A stretch of DNA of 64,000 bases from an uncultured Actinomycetota bacterium (GTDB lineage Bacteria > Actinomycetota > Actinomycetes > Streptosporangiales > Streptosporangiaceae): positions 74,701 to 138,700 of the forward strand of contig CAVSCN010000024.1 of the NCBI GenBank assembly GCA_963726425.1, in the 5' to 3' direction. Under the pieces are notes generated by a model. It did not search any database and was not told where the DNA came from. It saw only the letters and a program-made list of their open reading frames with translations. Made by a program: the position numbers and the translations under genes. Shown piece by piece: positions 1 to 10,292 of this stretch; the first letter of the stretch is position 1; every line of letters begins with the position of its first letter.

Positions 1-396
1 CCACCGCTCGACGACGGCGCCGATGTCGAGCCCATCGTCCTTGCGCACAGTGATCAGCGCCTGGCTGGTGATGAACGCGGCCAGCTCGCTCGTGGCCAGC
101 TGGCCGGTGCCGACGTCGAGCCATGCGCTGTAGGCGGTGACGAACAGGTGCGTCGGGTATCGGTCGAGCTTAGGCCGCTCGCGGTGCTGCACCGCGTCCT
201 CGACGGCGAGCGGGTGCAGCCCGAACTCCTCGCTCAGCACGGCGAGGTCATCGTGATCGGGGCCGCGCAGGTCTAGCCAGATAGTCGCGGTCGGATCGGC
301 CAGGTGGTCGCTGATGTCGGCCACCGGAAAGCCTTCAAGCTCGAGTCGCCCGCCACGGTAGAGCCGGGTCCGCGCCTGGCAGCCGGTCGGTGACAC
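1..396 (-). CDS. corA: CorA-family Mg2+/Co2+ transporter, N-terminal 132 codons only (gene runs off the left edge)
   Basis: Minus-strand frame is open from GTG at 396 to position 1. Translation ...RTRLYRGGRLELEGFPVADISDHLADPTATIWLDLRGPDHDDLAVLSEEFGLHPLAVEDAVQHRERPKLDRYPTHLFV... shows the CorA cytoplasmic-domain pattern (GLHPLAxEDA, RPKxxxY). It is absent from the ORF track because no stop lies inside the window. Confidence 0.6.
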   Translation of the reverse strand, partial: MSPTGCQARTRLYRGGRLELEGFPVADISDHLADPTATIWLDLRGPDHDDLAVLSEEFGLHPLAVEDAVQHRERPKLDRYPTHLFVTAYSAWLDVGTGQLATSELAAFITSQALITVRKDDGLDIGAVVERW

Positions 397-512
397 CGCG
401 CAGATGGTCCCCGCCGCCGCCTGGCCCGGATCCCGGCCATGGAACGTCTGGTCGGCAACGGGCCGGGCCCCTAGCGCTCCGCGCCTGGGACCCGGCGCGT
501 CGGCCGACGACA

Positions 513-1166
513 CTACGGCTGAGGCACGATGCGGATGTAGGGCCGCGGTGCCTCCCAGCTGCCGAACAGCTCCTTCGCCTCATCGTCGGAGACTGACCCC
601 GCGATGATCACGTCCCCGCCCTGCGTCCACTGCGCGGGCGTCGAGACCTTGTGGTTCGCCGTGAGCTGGAGCGAGTCGATGACGCGCAGCACCTCGTCGA
701 AGTTGCGGCCGGTCGTCATCGGGTAGACGAGGACCAGCTTGATCTTCTTGTCCGGCCCGACTACGAACACGTTGCGCACCGTCTGGTTCTGCGCGGCCGT
801 GCGGTCGGCCGGATCCCCGGAGACGTCGGCGCCGAGCATGCCGTACGCCTTGGAGATGTTGAAGTCGGAGTCCCCGATCATCGGGTAGTTCGGACGCGTC
901 CCCTGCGTCTCCTCGATGTCGTCGGCCCACCGCTCGTGCTTGTCGACCGGGTCGACCGAGAGGCCGATGATCTTAACCCCGCGGCGGTCGAACTCCGGCT
1001 TGATGCTGGCCATATACCCGAGCTCGGTGGTGCAGACGGGGGTGAAGTCCTTGGGGTGCGAGAACAGCACCGCCCACCCGTCGCCGATCCAGTCGTGGAA
1101 GCGGATGGTGCCCTCGGTCGTCTGCGCCTCAAAGTCGGGGGCAGTGTCCCCGATCGTCAGTGGCAT
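513..1166 (-). CDS. 1-Cys peroxiredoxin (Prx6-type)
   Basis: Intact 217-aa ORF. It carries the peroxidatic motif HPKDFTPVCTTELG, a thioredoxin-fold N-terminus (PDFEAQTTEGTIRFHDW) and the long C-terminal extension typical of 1-Cys Prx. Confidence 0.93.
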   Translation of the reverse strand: MPLTIGDTAPDFEAQTTEGTIRFHDWIGDGWAVLFSHPKDFTPVCTTELGYMASIKPEFDRRGVKIIGLSVDPVDKHERWADDIEETQGTRPNYPMIGDSDFNISKAYGMLGADVSGDPADRTAAQNQTVRNVFVVGPDKKIKLVLVYPMTTGRNFDEVLRVIDSLQLTANHKVSTPAQWTQGGDVIIAGSVSDDEAKELFGSWEAPRPYIRIVPQP

Positions 1167-1341
1167 GGTCCTGCTCCTGTCTTTGACCTCTTCCTCTGAA
1201 CCCCACCGAACATACAGGTAATACCCGCCGCGCTGACTCGGCCCCGCCCGCTACCAGGCGCGGAGCCGCCAAGTGCGCGCGCCCGTGGCTGGCATATCCT
1301 GACAGATCATCACAGCGGTAACTGGCCGGAGGTTCACTGCG

Positions 1342-2555
1342 ATGCTTGCCGACGACGCGGATCTGCCGCTGCTCACTCACGACGACCCGGCCCTGGCCGG
1401 CGACCGGTTCCACGAGGTCGTCGACGATCTGGCCAGCCGAAGCTGGCTCGTCCGCTCCGACCTGGGGTACCTGGTGCTCGGCCGGGAGCAAGGCATGGCG
1501 TTGCTCAAGGACCGGCGGTTGTCGTTCCCTTCGGTTGAGCTGCTGGAATTGCAGGGAGTTACCGACGGCATCGTCTACGACGGCACGACCAGGGGCCTGA
1601 TGGCTCAGTCGGGCCAGGCTCACGCCCGGCTGCGCCGCCTGGTCAGCGCGGCCTTTACCCCGCGCCAGGTCGAGCGGCTTCGGCCCCGGCTGCGGGAGTA
1701 CCTGGCCGGCCTCTGGCAGCAGATCGCCCCGGCCGGCCGGTGCGAGGCCGTCACGGCGCTGGCCCGCCCGCTGCCTTCGATGGCCATCGCCGAGCTGCTG
1801 GGCGTTCCCGCCGACGCCGCTCAGCTCGCCGTGTGGTCGGGCCGCCTGCAGGCGGTGTTCGACATGGACATGACGGCGAAGCGGGCCGAGATCGAGGCGG
1901 CGCACGAGGAAGTCCGCGATTATGTGCTCGACCTGCGTGCCAGGAGCGTCGGCAGCGGCCGGGCGAGGACCTGCTGTCCGCGTTCGTGCATCACGAGCAG
2001 GACGGCGACCGGCTCACCGAAGCCGAGATCGTGTCGCTGACGTCCTCGGTCATCGCGGGCGGCACCGACACCACCGAGTCGCAGCTGGCCCACGGCCTGC
2101 GGCTGTTTGCCGACCATCCCGACCAGTGGCGGCAGCTCGGCGACGACCCGGCGCTGGCCGAGCGGGCCTGCCAGGAAGTGCTCAGGTTCGAGCCGATCGC
2201 GCCGTTCACGGCCCGGCTGGTGCGGGAGGAAGTAGAGCTAGACGGGATCGTCTTCCCGGTCAACACGGTCCTGTTCGTCTGCGCCGCCACCGCGAACCGT
2301 GACCCGAAGACGTACACGAACCCGGACCGGTTCGACATCATGGCCGACCGCGGCGGCGCGCAGGTCGTGACGTTCGGCTTCGGCGCGCACTTCTGCGCTG
2401 GCTCGCACCTGGCCAGGGCCGAGATCATCGAGGCGCTGACCTTCCTCGCGCCGCGGATGCGCGGCCTGGAGCCCGACGGCGAGCCCGTCTTCGGCACACC
2501 GACCGGGATCTACACGATGCGCAGCCTGCCCGTTCGCTTCACCCCGCAGGGGTAG
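1342..2555 (+). pseudogene. Cytochrome P450, one frameshift near ~1960 (pseudogene or consensus error)
   Basis: ORFs 1342..2040 and 1740..2555 are in different frames and join as ...EEVRDYVLDLRARSVGSG / GEDLLSAFVHHEQDGDRLTEAEIV... Motifs present: I-helix AGGTDTT, ExxR (QEVLRFEP) and heme-thiolate loop FGFGAHFCAGSHLA. Confidence 0.9.
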
Positions 2556-2650
2556 CCGGTCACCGCCCCGTATCGCGACGGCCTGCCAGTTCCGCTGGCG
2601 GGCCGCCCCGCGTCATGATGTGGATAGAAACCGCACGGTAAGGGCTGGCC

Positions 2651-4378
2651 ATGAGTGATTACGAATTGATCATCCGCTCTGGTGCGGTGGTAGACGGGAA
2701 CGGGGGCGAGCCGTTTCCCGGTGACGTGGCCGTCGATCATGGCGTGATCGCCGCGGTCGGCACCGTGTCCGGTCGCGGGGAGCGCGAGATCGACGCGGCC
2801 GGGGCCGTGATCGCGCCTGGGTTCGTCGACGTGCACACGCACTACGACGGGCAGGCGACCTGGGACTCCAGGCTGCAGCCGTCCTCGTGGCACGGGGTCA
2901 CCACCGTCGTCATGGGCAACTGCGGCGTCGGCTTCGCGCCCGTCCAACCCCCGAACCGGGACCGGCTCGTCGAGCTGATGGAGGGGGTCGAGGACATCCC
3001 TGGCTCGGCCCTGCGCGAAGGACTGACCTGGAACTGGGAGTCGTTCGCCGACTACCTCGACGTGCTCGCTCGGCGGCAGTACGACATCGACGTAGCCGCC
3101 CAGGTGCCGCACGCGGCGCTGCGGGTCGAGGTGATGGGCGCCAGGGCGGCGGCCCAGGTGCAGGCGACCCAAGCCGAGGCAGCCGAGATCGCCCGTCTGG
3201 CCGGCGAGGCAGTCGCCGCGGGTGCTCTCGGCTTCACGACCTCGCGGACGCTCAATCACCGGAGCATCGACGGCGAGCTGACCCCGTCCTACGGCACCGC
3301 CGAGGACGAACTCGTCGCGATCGCCCGTGCGGTGGGCCAGACCGGACGCGGGGTCATGCAGGTCGTCTCCGACTTCACCGACGCCGAGGCCGAGTTCGCG
3401 ATGCTGCGGCGCGCGATGCGGGCAGGCCGGCTGCCGCTGTCGGTATCCCTGGTCCAGTCCAACCTGGCGCCCGACAGCTACCGTGACGTCCTCGCGTTCA
3501 TCACCGACTGCCAGCAAGAGGGGCTGGCCATCCGGGCTCAGGTGGCGCCCCGGCCGGTGGGCCTGCTGCTCGGACTGCAGAACACGCTGCATCCGTTCAT
3601 GGAGAACCCGCGCTGGCAGCACCTGGCCGACCTTCCCGCGGCCGAGCAGGCGCGGCAGATGCGGGCCGATGAGGTGCGAGCCGAGATCCTCGCCGCGCAG
3701 ACCAGGGACAAGAACCGGCAGCGCCTCGGCGGCATCCTCATCCACAAGTACGAGCTGATGTACGAGGTGTCCGACCCGCCGGTGTACGAGCCGGATCCGG
3801 CCGACTCGATCGCGGCGCGGGCGCAGCGGCTGGGTGTGCCGCCCGCGGAACTCGCCTACGACCTCCTGGCCGCCGGTGACGGCGCCGCGATGCTGTACCT
3901 GACCTTCGCCAACTATGCCCGCGGCAACCTCGACGCCGTGCGGGAGATGCTGGCGCACCCGTACAGCATCCCCGGCTTGTCGGATGGCGGCGCGCACGTC
4001 GGGACGATCTGCGATGGCAGCTTCCCGACCACGCTGCTGGAGCACTGGTCCAGAGACCGCGGCCCGGCCGGCCTGACCCTGCCGTTCGTGATCCAGCGGC
4101 AGGCCCGCGATACCGCCCGCGCGGTCGGTCTGCGCGACCGTGGCGTACTCGCGCCTGGCTACCGGGCCGACATCAACGTCATCGACATGACCGCGCTCCG
4201 GCTCCGGCCGCCGCAGATGCTCTTCGACCTGCCAGCCGGCGGCCGGCGACTGCTGCAGCGCGCGGACGGCTACCGGCACACGATCGTGGCGGGCCAGGAG
4301 ACGTACCGGGACGGAGTGCCGACCGAAGCGCTGCCCGGACGGCTCATCCGCGGCCCGCAGCCAGCGCCTGCTGTCTGA
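2651..4378 (+). CDS. N-acyl-D-amino-acid deacylase (D-aminoacylase) family amidohydrolase
   Basis: Intact 575-aa ORF. The N-terminus [31 protein letters not shown]...[18 protein letters not shown]...[17 protein letters not shown] is the characteristic metal-binding HxH and GNCG pattern of this family. Confidence 0.88.
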   Translation: MSDYELIIRSGAVVDGNGGEPFPGDVAVDHGVIAAVGTVSGRGEREIDAAGAVIAPGFVDVHTHYDGQATWDSRLQPSSWHGVTTVVMGNCGVGFAPVQPPNRDRLVELMEGVEDIPGSALREGLTWNWESFADYLDVLARRQYDIDVAAQVPHAALRVEVMGARAAAQVQATQAEAAEIARLAGEAVAAGALGFTTSRTLNHRSIDGELTPSYGTAEDELVAIARAVGQTGRGVMQVVSDFTDAEAEFAMLRRAMRAGRLPLSVSLVQSNLAPDSYRDVLAFITDCQQEGLAIRAQVAPRPVGLLLGLQNTLHPFMENPRWQHLADLPAAEQARQMRADEVRAEILAAQTRDKNRQRLGGILIHKYELMYEVSDPPVYEPDPADSIAARAQRLGVPPAELAYDLLAAGDGAAMLYLTFANYARGNLDAVREMLAHPYSIPGLSDGGAHVGTICDGSFPTTLLEHWSRDRGPAGLTLPFVIQRQARDTARAVGLRDRGVLAPGYRADINVIDMTALRLRPPQMLFDLPAGGRRLLQRADGYRHTIVAGQETYRDGVPTEALPGRLIRGPQPAPAV

Positions 4379-4402
4379 CCGCGGCCACCAGGAGACAAGC
4401 CG

Positions 4403-5524
4403 ATGGGAATCTTCAGCCGCAAGCCGCAGCAGCCCGCCGCGAGCCAGCCTGCGCCTGCCGACCGGGCAGCGCTGATCCGGCAGGCGCAGGCGATGCAAGC
4501 GCAGGCGCTACAACAGGCGCAGGCGCTGCAGCGGGCCGGGCGCGCGACGCCGGGCGCGCAGACCGGGTCGGCGGCCTGGGCCCGCCAGGTCATGGCCGTC
4601 CTCGCCCCGCCCCAGCCCGGCTTCGTCAAGCGCTGCACGTGCGTAGTCTGCGGCGCGCCCAAGAAGCTGCCAGCCGTGACGGCGTACATCTACTGCGACT
4701 ACTGCGCCGCGCTGATCGACTTCGACCTGCGCCAGGCGAGCGAAGGGGACACGGCCGTCGGACCGGCATACGCGGCGGCAGTGAACAGCGCGCACGCCGC
4801 GTCCCAGGCGGCGATCGCGGCCGCCGACCAGGAGCGCTATCGCGCGCTCCAGCGGAGCGTCTACGAGGCCTACGTGCTGCACGTCCCGATGGCTGTCTCG
4901 CACCGGGCCAGGAACGACCCTGACTACCGCGCCGCCTACGTCGAGTTCATGGCCGCAGCGGCCACCGTACGGGCCTTCGACCCGCACGCCCGGGCCCTCG
5001 AGGCCGAGATGAGGCAACGGGTGATGGGCCTGCGGTACACCGGCGACATGATGTCCCCGACGGTCGCGCCGGAGTCCTTCTGGCCGGTCGCGGACACGCT
5101 GGAGCGGCAGATCGAGTCCAGCCGGGCCTTGTACCGCACGGCCGGACTCGCCGGACTCGATCCCGATTCCGCCGAGCACCTGACCGGCAAGCTGGCCTGG
5201 TCCGGGTTCTGTCAGGGCTGGCTCGGCCTGCTCCCGGCCGACGCCGCCGCGCAGTTGCTGGACCGGGCCGGGCTGACCAACGAGTACGTTCCGGTGCGGG
5301 ACGAGGACGGTGAGTCCCGGCACTGCGGCGGCTGCGGCGCCGACTTCGCGGCCCTGCCCGGCGCGCGGGCCGTTATCTGCAGCCGGTGCGGCCGCCGGAT
5401 CGAGCTAGGCGGTGCGGAGATCCCGTGCGCCGCCTGCGGTGCGACGATGACGCTGCCGGCCAGCGCGGAGCAGGTCGCGTGCCCGTTCTGCCAGTCGCAG
5501 GTGCGGCGCACCGGGCTCCGCTAG
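4403..5524 (+). CDS. Hypothetical protein with N- and C-terminal zinc-ribbon-like Cys clusters
   Basis: Intact 373-aa ORF starting 25 nt after the D-aminoacylase stop. Cys clusters: CTCVVCG...YCDYC near residue 80, and CGGCG...CSRCG...CAACG...CPFCQ at the C-terminus. A Gln/Ala-rich N-terminus and a helical middle lie between them. I do not recognise a family. Confidence 0.6.
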   Translation: MGIFSRKPQQPAASQPAPADRAALIRQAQAMQAQALQQAQALQRAGRATPGAQTGSAAWARQVMAVLAPPQPGFVKRCTCVVCGAPKKLPAVTAYIYCDYCAALIDFDLRQASEGDTAVGPAYAAAVNSAHAASQAAIAAADQERYRALQRSVYEAYVLHVPMAVSHRARNDPDYRAAYVEFMAAAATVRAFDPHARALEAEMRQRVMGLRYTGDMMSPTVAPESFWPVADTLERQIESSRALYRTAGLAGLDPDSAEHLTGKLAWSGFCQGWLGLLPADAAAQLLDRAGLTNEYVPVRDEDGESRHCGGCGADFAALPGARAVICSRCGRRIELGGAEIPCAACGATMTLPASAEQVACPFCQSQVRRTGLR

Positions 5525-5560
5525 TCCGTCACTGGGCTGAAGGCCCTTGCGCAGACGCAG

Positions 5561-5591
5561 GCGGGGGCGCCGGGCGAACCGGCACTCCCGC
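5561..5591. terminator. Candidate bidirectional hairpin between convergent genes
   Basis: GCGGGGGCGCCGG-gcgaa-CCGGCACTCCCGC forms a 13-bp stem (one mismatch, one G-U) with a 5-nt loop. It lies between the stop of 4403..5524 (+) and the stop of the S53 peptidase (-). There is no U-tract. Confidence 0.35.
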
Positions 5592-5620
5592 CCGAGAAGC
5601 GGTGCTAGACCTTCAGCAGA

Positions 5621-7715
5621 CTAGAACTTTGAGAACTCGGTGACGAAATTCGGCCCCGGCGTACCCGAGTGCCGGTCAGGCTGTCGAAGCCCGGTGCCGG
5701 CGGTCAGGGTGACGGGGCGTGTCGCGCAGTTACCCGTCCCGTCGCAGAAGGTCTCCGGGCCCGCGTAGTCGATCGCCCGAAGGCTCACGTTGAAGCCGTT
5801 GGTGTTGTCGACCGTGTTGGCGAAGTCGACCCGGACGACCGAGGTCGCATTCGGGCTGAACGGCGGCACGATGTCCGTCGAACGCGGTCGGGTGCGCTGT
5901 GGTAGTTGCCGTACAGGACCGGGTTGAGGAAGCCGAGCACCGCGTGACCGTGCGCCTTGGCGGCCTGGTCGGTGTCGGCGATGACGCCAGCCAGCAGCGG
6001 GGAGGCGAGGCTGGTGCCGCCCTCCTTGAACTGGCCGTAGTGGGTGCCGTCGGGAAGACCTGGGTCAGCGCCGATGAGCATGCCGCTCTGGGCGTCAGCG
6101 TCCATCGAGATGTCCGGCTCGACCCGAGCCGCACCTTCGATCGCGTCGTTGCCGGTTCGCCAGCGCGTCCGGGACGACGCCGACCTGGTAGGACGGCTCG
6201 GCGTAGGTGAAGCTGGTGCCGCCGCCGCCGCCGGCCTGCCAGGCGAGCGCGCCCGCCGGGGTGGTCGCGGAGCCGCAGTTGGTCGTCGGCACGCCGGCGC
6301 ACATGGTCTGCTTGGCCGTCGACCAGCCGAACTGGCCGATGTCGGAGCCGAAGCGGTTCACTTCGAGCGTGGTGCCGCCGACGGCGGTGATGAGCGGGCT
6401 CGGTCGCCGGGTAGTCGGGACGTCGAAGCCGAAGTCGGCGAAGTTGTCGCCGTCGTCGCCGCTGGAGAACAGCACGCTGACGCCAGTGGAGTCGGCGATC
6501 TCGAAGTCGGTGTCGAAGGCGGTCTGCATCGGCGGCGCCCTCGAAGACGTCGCCGAGGGTGTCGCCCCAGGAGTCGGTGACCACCGACGCGCCGCTGGTC
6601 ACGGCCGTGTTGAGCGCGGCGAGCAGGTTGTTGTCGAAGCAGTCCTGCGCGCCGACGTACTCGATGTGCGCACCCGGCGCCATCGAGTGCACCGACTCCA
6701 CGTCGAGCGCCTGCTCGGCGTACCAGCCGCTGCCACCGCATATGTCCTCGTTGGCGACGAGCGGTTGGCTGGACGTTGGTGAACTGGCTCGCCCGCAGCG
6801 GGTGCGCCGGGTCGTTGAGGCGGAAGTAATGGTGCGCGTCAGCAAACAGGGTCGGCGAGTCGTACGCGTCGACGATCGCGACCGTGACGCCGTGGCCATT
6901 GTTGCCCCGGCGAACCGAGCGACCCAGCCCGTAGGCGCTGCGCATCTGCGCCGGCTTGTAGCCGCAGATGTCGTACGCCTGCGGCGCGGTGTAGGGCGCG
7001 TAGAGCGAATGGCGAGTCCGCGGTGTCGGTCTTCTGACCCCAGTAGGCCGAGCACGGCTGCGGGTTGGCGGAAGCCTGCGGGCGGGCCCGGCTCGGAAAC
7101 CTTCGGCGTAGCCGCGGCCGCGGTCGGAGTGCTGCTCAGTGACGTCGACATGAGGGCCTGGCTGACCCCGACTGCGCCCGCTACCGAGCCCGCTACCGAC
7201 CTGGGAACAGACAGGGTGCTCTTGGCCAGGCGGAGCTTGTGGCCGTTCACCTTGTAGAGGCCCAGCTGGATGCCGAACGCGTGCTCGACCTTGCTGGCCG
7301 ATCCGTGCGCCGTGATGAACAGGCGATCCTTCGGGACCGAGCCGACGGTCAGGCCTTCACTCCGCAGCCAGCGCTCGGCCGCGTTCACCTCGGCCTTGGA
7401 CGGGGCGAACCGGGCAATCCACTGCGCGGTGGTGAGGTAGTGGTGGAACTGCTTGTAGCGCGGGGTCGAGACCGCGAGCGCGAGCTTCCGCGCGGCCGCG
7501 GCATTCCGCACCTTCAAGGTGAGGTCGAAGTTGACGCGGGCGTTCGCCGCCACGCGGCCAGCCGGATGAGCCCGCTCTGACGCAGGCGCCAGCGACCCGT
7601 GCAGGGCGACCCGCCCTGAAGGGTGCGTGGCCGCAGCGGCGGAACCGGCAGCTGCCAGGAACGATACCCCCAGCCCTATTGACCCCGTCAGGGCCCACAA
7701 TCGGGCAGCTTTCAT
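5621..7715 (-). pseudogene. Secreted S53 (sedolisin/kumamolisin-type) serine peptidase, at least 5 frame changes
   Basis: The N-terminal signal peptide plus pro-kumamolisin activation domain (MKAARLWALTGSIGLGVSFLAAAGSAAA...LTLKVRNAAAARKLALAVSTPRYKQFHHYLTTAQW...) is in the frame of ORF 5730..7715. The catalytic part is spread over ORFs 6358..6945 (GHGVTVAIVDAYDSP), 5730..7715 again (ICGGSGWYAEQALDVESVHSMAPGAHIEY), 6095..6529 (VLFSSGDDGD), 5785..6105 (KEGGTSLASPLLAG, catalytic Ser) and 5621..5869 (C-terminal domain). AAGGAG lies upstream of ATG 7715. Confidence 0.85.
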
Positions 7716-7748
7716 ACATTAAACTCCTTCGCGCTTCTTCGCCACGAG

Positions 7749-7770
7749 AATGCTTGCGTTAGCAGGCATT
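7749..7770 (-). terminator. Candidate hairpin downstream of the 7809..8750 gene
   Basis: AATGCTTGC-gtta-GCAGGCATT forms a 9-bp stem (one G-U) with a tetraloop, about 40 nt past the minus-strand stop at 7809. There is no U-tract. Confidence 0.3.
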
Positions 7771-7808
7771 ATGCGGACACTAACCACACTGAGACGCGAA
7801 GGCAATGC

Positions 7809-8750
7809 TCAGTGGTTTACGCGTGTCAAATGTTCGGGGCTGAGGGCGCCCAGGAAATCAGCCGCATCGAAGCGAGCACCGAGCGAGGCGACGCCCGCGG
7901 CGTTCCCTTCCCCGGCCAGAATCCGGCTGGTGGCCTCGACCACCAGCGGCGCCGTAACGGCGTAGATGTCCCGGCCCGTGGCGGTCGCGCGGCGCTGCGC
8001 GGCGCCCGTCCGCGCGACGACCTCCACCAGGAACGTCTGCGCGGACCTGCCGCTCTCGTCGGCCCCGACTGGCCCGGCGGAGTCGTCCGCCCGCAGATCG
8101 TCGAGCGCGTTGCTGGACATGTACGTGACGATCTCGGGCGTGTTGAGATGCGTCGGGATGGTGGCGCTGTCGGCCATCGTGACCCCGCCGGTGACCGGAC
8201 GCGAACCGAACGGCGCCGGGAACCGCCACTCGGTGCGCGGCGCCGGGCCGGGCACGACTTGCAGCCGGCCGCCGGTATAGGCGATCCGCTGCCCGTTCCG
8301 GCGCCGGGCGGAGACCCGGCCCGTCGCCCTCGTGCCCGCCGTGGGGTGCCAGCTGCTGAGCGCGAACGCGATCGTCACCTCGTCCGCGGCGAGCCAGTCG
8401 CCCATCGCCACGGTGGCGAGCAGGTCGGGCAGCCCGCCGTAGAACGCGGCCGCCGGCACGATCGGGATGGTGGCGCCGGCGTACCGGGCGAAGGTGTCCG
8501 TCACGACCTCGACCTCAGCGGTGACGTCGAGATACGGGATCCCGGCCCGGATCGCGGCCTCGATCACCGGGACGGCAGTGGCCGCGAACGGACCGGCACA
8601 GTTAATGACCGCGGCCGCGGCGGCGAAGGCAGCGTCCAGGTCGGTGCCGCGACCGCACGGGATCGGCGTCAGGCCGCGGCGCTGGAGTTCGGAGACGACA
8701 AAGGCACCGGTGTGGCCGGTGGCGCCGACGACGGCGACTCGGTTGTTCAT
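7809..8750 (-). CDS. Saccharopine dehydrogenase-like NAD(P)-binding protein
   Basis: I take the start at ATG 8750 (MNNRVAVVGATGHTGAFVVSEL, Rossmann GxxGxxG). The ORF track extends further upstream into Arg/Pro-rich sequence that looks non-genuine. The remaining 313 aa are uninterrupted. Confidence 0.75.
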   Translation of the reverse strand: MNNRVAVVGATGHTGAFVVSELQRRGLTPIPCGRGTDLDAAFAAAAAVINCAGPFAATAVPVIEAAIRAGIPYLDVTAEVEVVTDTFARYAGATIPIVPAAAFYGGLPDLLATVAMGDWLAADEVTIAFALSSWHPTAGTRATGRVSARRRNGQRIAYTGGRLQVVPGPAPRTEWRFPAPFGSRPVTGGVTMADSATIPTHLNTPEIVTYMSSNALDDLRADDSAGPVGADESGRSAQTFLVEVVARTGAAQRRATATGRDIYAVTAPLVVEATSRILAGEGNAAGVASLGARFDAADFLGALSPEHLTRVNH

Positions 8751-8823
8751 GGTGATCAGCCTCGCGCGACGCCGGCCAGTCTGGACCAGCGTCCGAAACG
8801 ACGAGTGCCGTACAGTTTCGGAC

Positions 8824-9763
8824 ATGCACTCGGTCGCGCTCGCCGTCACCGACGGCACTCCGCTGTTCGAACTCGCCGCGGCCTGTGAGGTCTTCGGCGT
8901 CGACCGGGAGCTCGCCGATTCGTGGTACGACTTCGCCATCTGCGGTCCGGACGGCGCCGCAGGTCGGCGGCTGGCTGCGGGCGGGCCTGCGGCACGGCCT
9001 GGCCGCGCTCGCCGACGCGGACACGGTGATCGTGCCGTCCTGCCGGGACGTAGCCGAGCCGCCATCGCCCGCGCTGGTGGACGCCGTCCGGGCCGCGCAC
9101 CGCAACGGCGCGCGGGTGGCGTCGCTGTGCACCGGCGCGTTCGTGCTGGCGGCGGCCGGGCTGCTCGACGGCCGGCGCGCGACCACGCACTGGGCGCACG
9201 CGGACACGCTGCACGATCGCTACCCCGCGGTCCGCGTCGACGCCGGCGTCCTCTACATCGACGAGGGCGACGTGCTGACCTCGGCCGGCAAGGCGGCGGG
9301 CATGGACCTCTGCCTGCATCTGGTCCGGACCGATCACGGCACCGCGGTCGCCAACGCGCTGGCGCGCACGCTGGTGGTGCCGCCGCACCGGCCGGGCGGC
9401 CAGGCTCAGTACATCCCTGCGGCGGTCGCGCACGGCCGGAGCAATGTCCTCGCCGGCCTCATGGCGTGGGCGCTGGACCGCCTCGATCAGCCGCTGACGG
9501 TCCGCGACCTGGCGCGCGAGGCCGGGATGAGCCCGCGCAATCTGGCCCGGCATTTCCACGCGGTGGCCGGGATGGGGCCGCTGCGCTGGCTGCTTACCCA
9601 GCGGGTAGGGCGGGCCCAGGAACTGCTTGAGCTGTCCGACCTGAGCGTGGAGCAGGTCGCCGCGCGGACGGGCATGGGCACCGCGACCACGCTGCGCCGC
9701 CACTTCAGCCAGCAGCTCGGCGTGCCGCCGGAGAGCTATCGCCGGACCTTCCGGGCCTCTTAG
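8824..9763 (+). pseudogene. GlxA-family (DJ-1/PfpI + AraC HTH) transcriptional regulator, one frameshift near ~8950
   Basis: ATG 8824 gives MHSVALAVTDGTPLFELAAACEVFGVDRELADSWYDFAICGPDG (frame of ORF 8467..9630). It then continues in ORF 8885..9763 (APQVGGWLRAGLRHGLAALADADTVIVPS...SLCTGAFVLAAAGLLDGRRATTHW...AraC HTH RHFHAVAGMGPLRWLLTQRVGRAQELL). It is divergent from 7809..8750. Confidence 0.88.
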
Positions 9764-10230
9764 CGGTCCGCGCGCAGCAGCGACAGCAGCATCTGCCGCA
9801 GCGCGCCTTGCTCAGGGCCGGTCAGCGGGCTGAGGAAGTCGGTCTCGATCTCGGTCGCGACGGAGGCCATCTCGCGCGCGAGCCGCTGCCCGCGCGAGGT
9901 GAGCGTCAGCACCCGGCGGCGCCGGTCGGCGGCGTCGACCTCGCGGTCGAGCAGCCCGCGCTCGGCGAGGCCATCGACGAGAGGTACCACGTTGCGCGGA
10001 TCGACCGCGATCAGGGCAGCCAGCTGGTGCTGACCCTGCGGGCCGGACTCGTTGAGCGCCTGCAGCACTTTGAACTGGCTGGGGCTGAGCTGCCGCTGCG
10101 CGAGTATGTCCGCCCACAGGTGCCGGGCCCGGGCCCCGGCCAGCGCCAGCAGGTACCAGGTGCTGGCCTGAAACGTCAGCTGGGCAGGCGGGATCAGCTC
10201 CGGATCGGGGCCGACGGCGTCCGCGTGCAT
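9760..10230 (-). CDS. MarR-family transcriptional regulator
   Basis: Intact 156-aa ORF with a winged HTH (LSPSQFKVLQALNESGPQGQHQLAALIAVDPRNVVPLVDGLAERGLLDREVDAADRRRRVLTLTSRG). It is divergent from the MFS gene at 10286. Confidence 0.9.
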   Translation of the reverse strand: MHADAVGPDPELIPPAQLTFQASTWYLLALAGARARHLWADILAQRQLSPSQFKVLQALNESGPQGQHQLAALIAVDPRNVVPLVDGLAERGLLDREVDAADRRRRVLTLTSRGQRLAREMASVATEIETDFLSPLTGPEQGALRQMLLSLLRADR

Positions 10231-10266
10231 GGCGGCAGTTTAAACCGGGTGGCGCGATAGCCGTTA

Positions 10267-10292
10267 ATCATGATAGACATGGTTCATGTCTA
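10267..10292. promoter_or_regulatory. Candidate MarR operator(s) in the MarR/MFS divergent gap
   Basis: Two palindromes: ATCATGAT (10267-10274), then the perfect inverted repeat TAGACATG-gtt-CATGTCTA (10274-10292), which contains the MFS ATG at 10286. This is locally AT-rich DNA in a very GC-rich context. Confidence 0.45.

Noticed and set aside
1342-2555. The P450 as the nitrating partner of the NOS.
   Set aside because: It is 15 kb away and separated by at least ten unrelated genes on both strands. Nothing in its sequence that I can read marks it as TxtE/RufO-like. Only a phylogeny could revive the idea.
2510-4498. Very long antisense ORFs. Examples: 2510..4498 (-), 10829..11860 (-), 33412..35265 (-), 53198..54784 (-), 45755..46834 (+), 42141..43283 (+), 17164..17853 (+).
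   Set aside because: They lie opposite genes with clear family signatures. Their translations are Arg/Gly/Pro/Ala-rich, with no recognisable motifs. Such stop-free shadow frames are expected in DNA this GC-rich.
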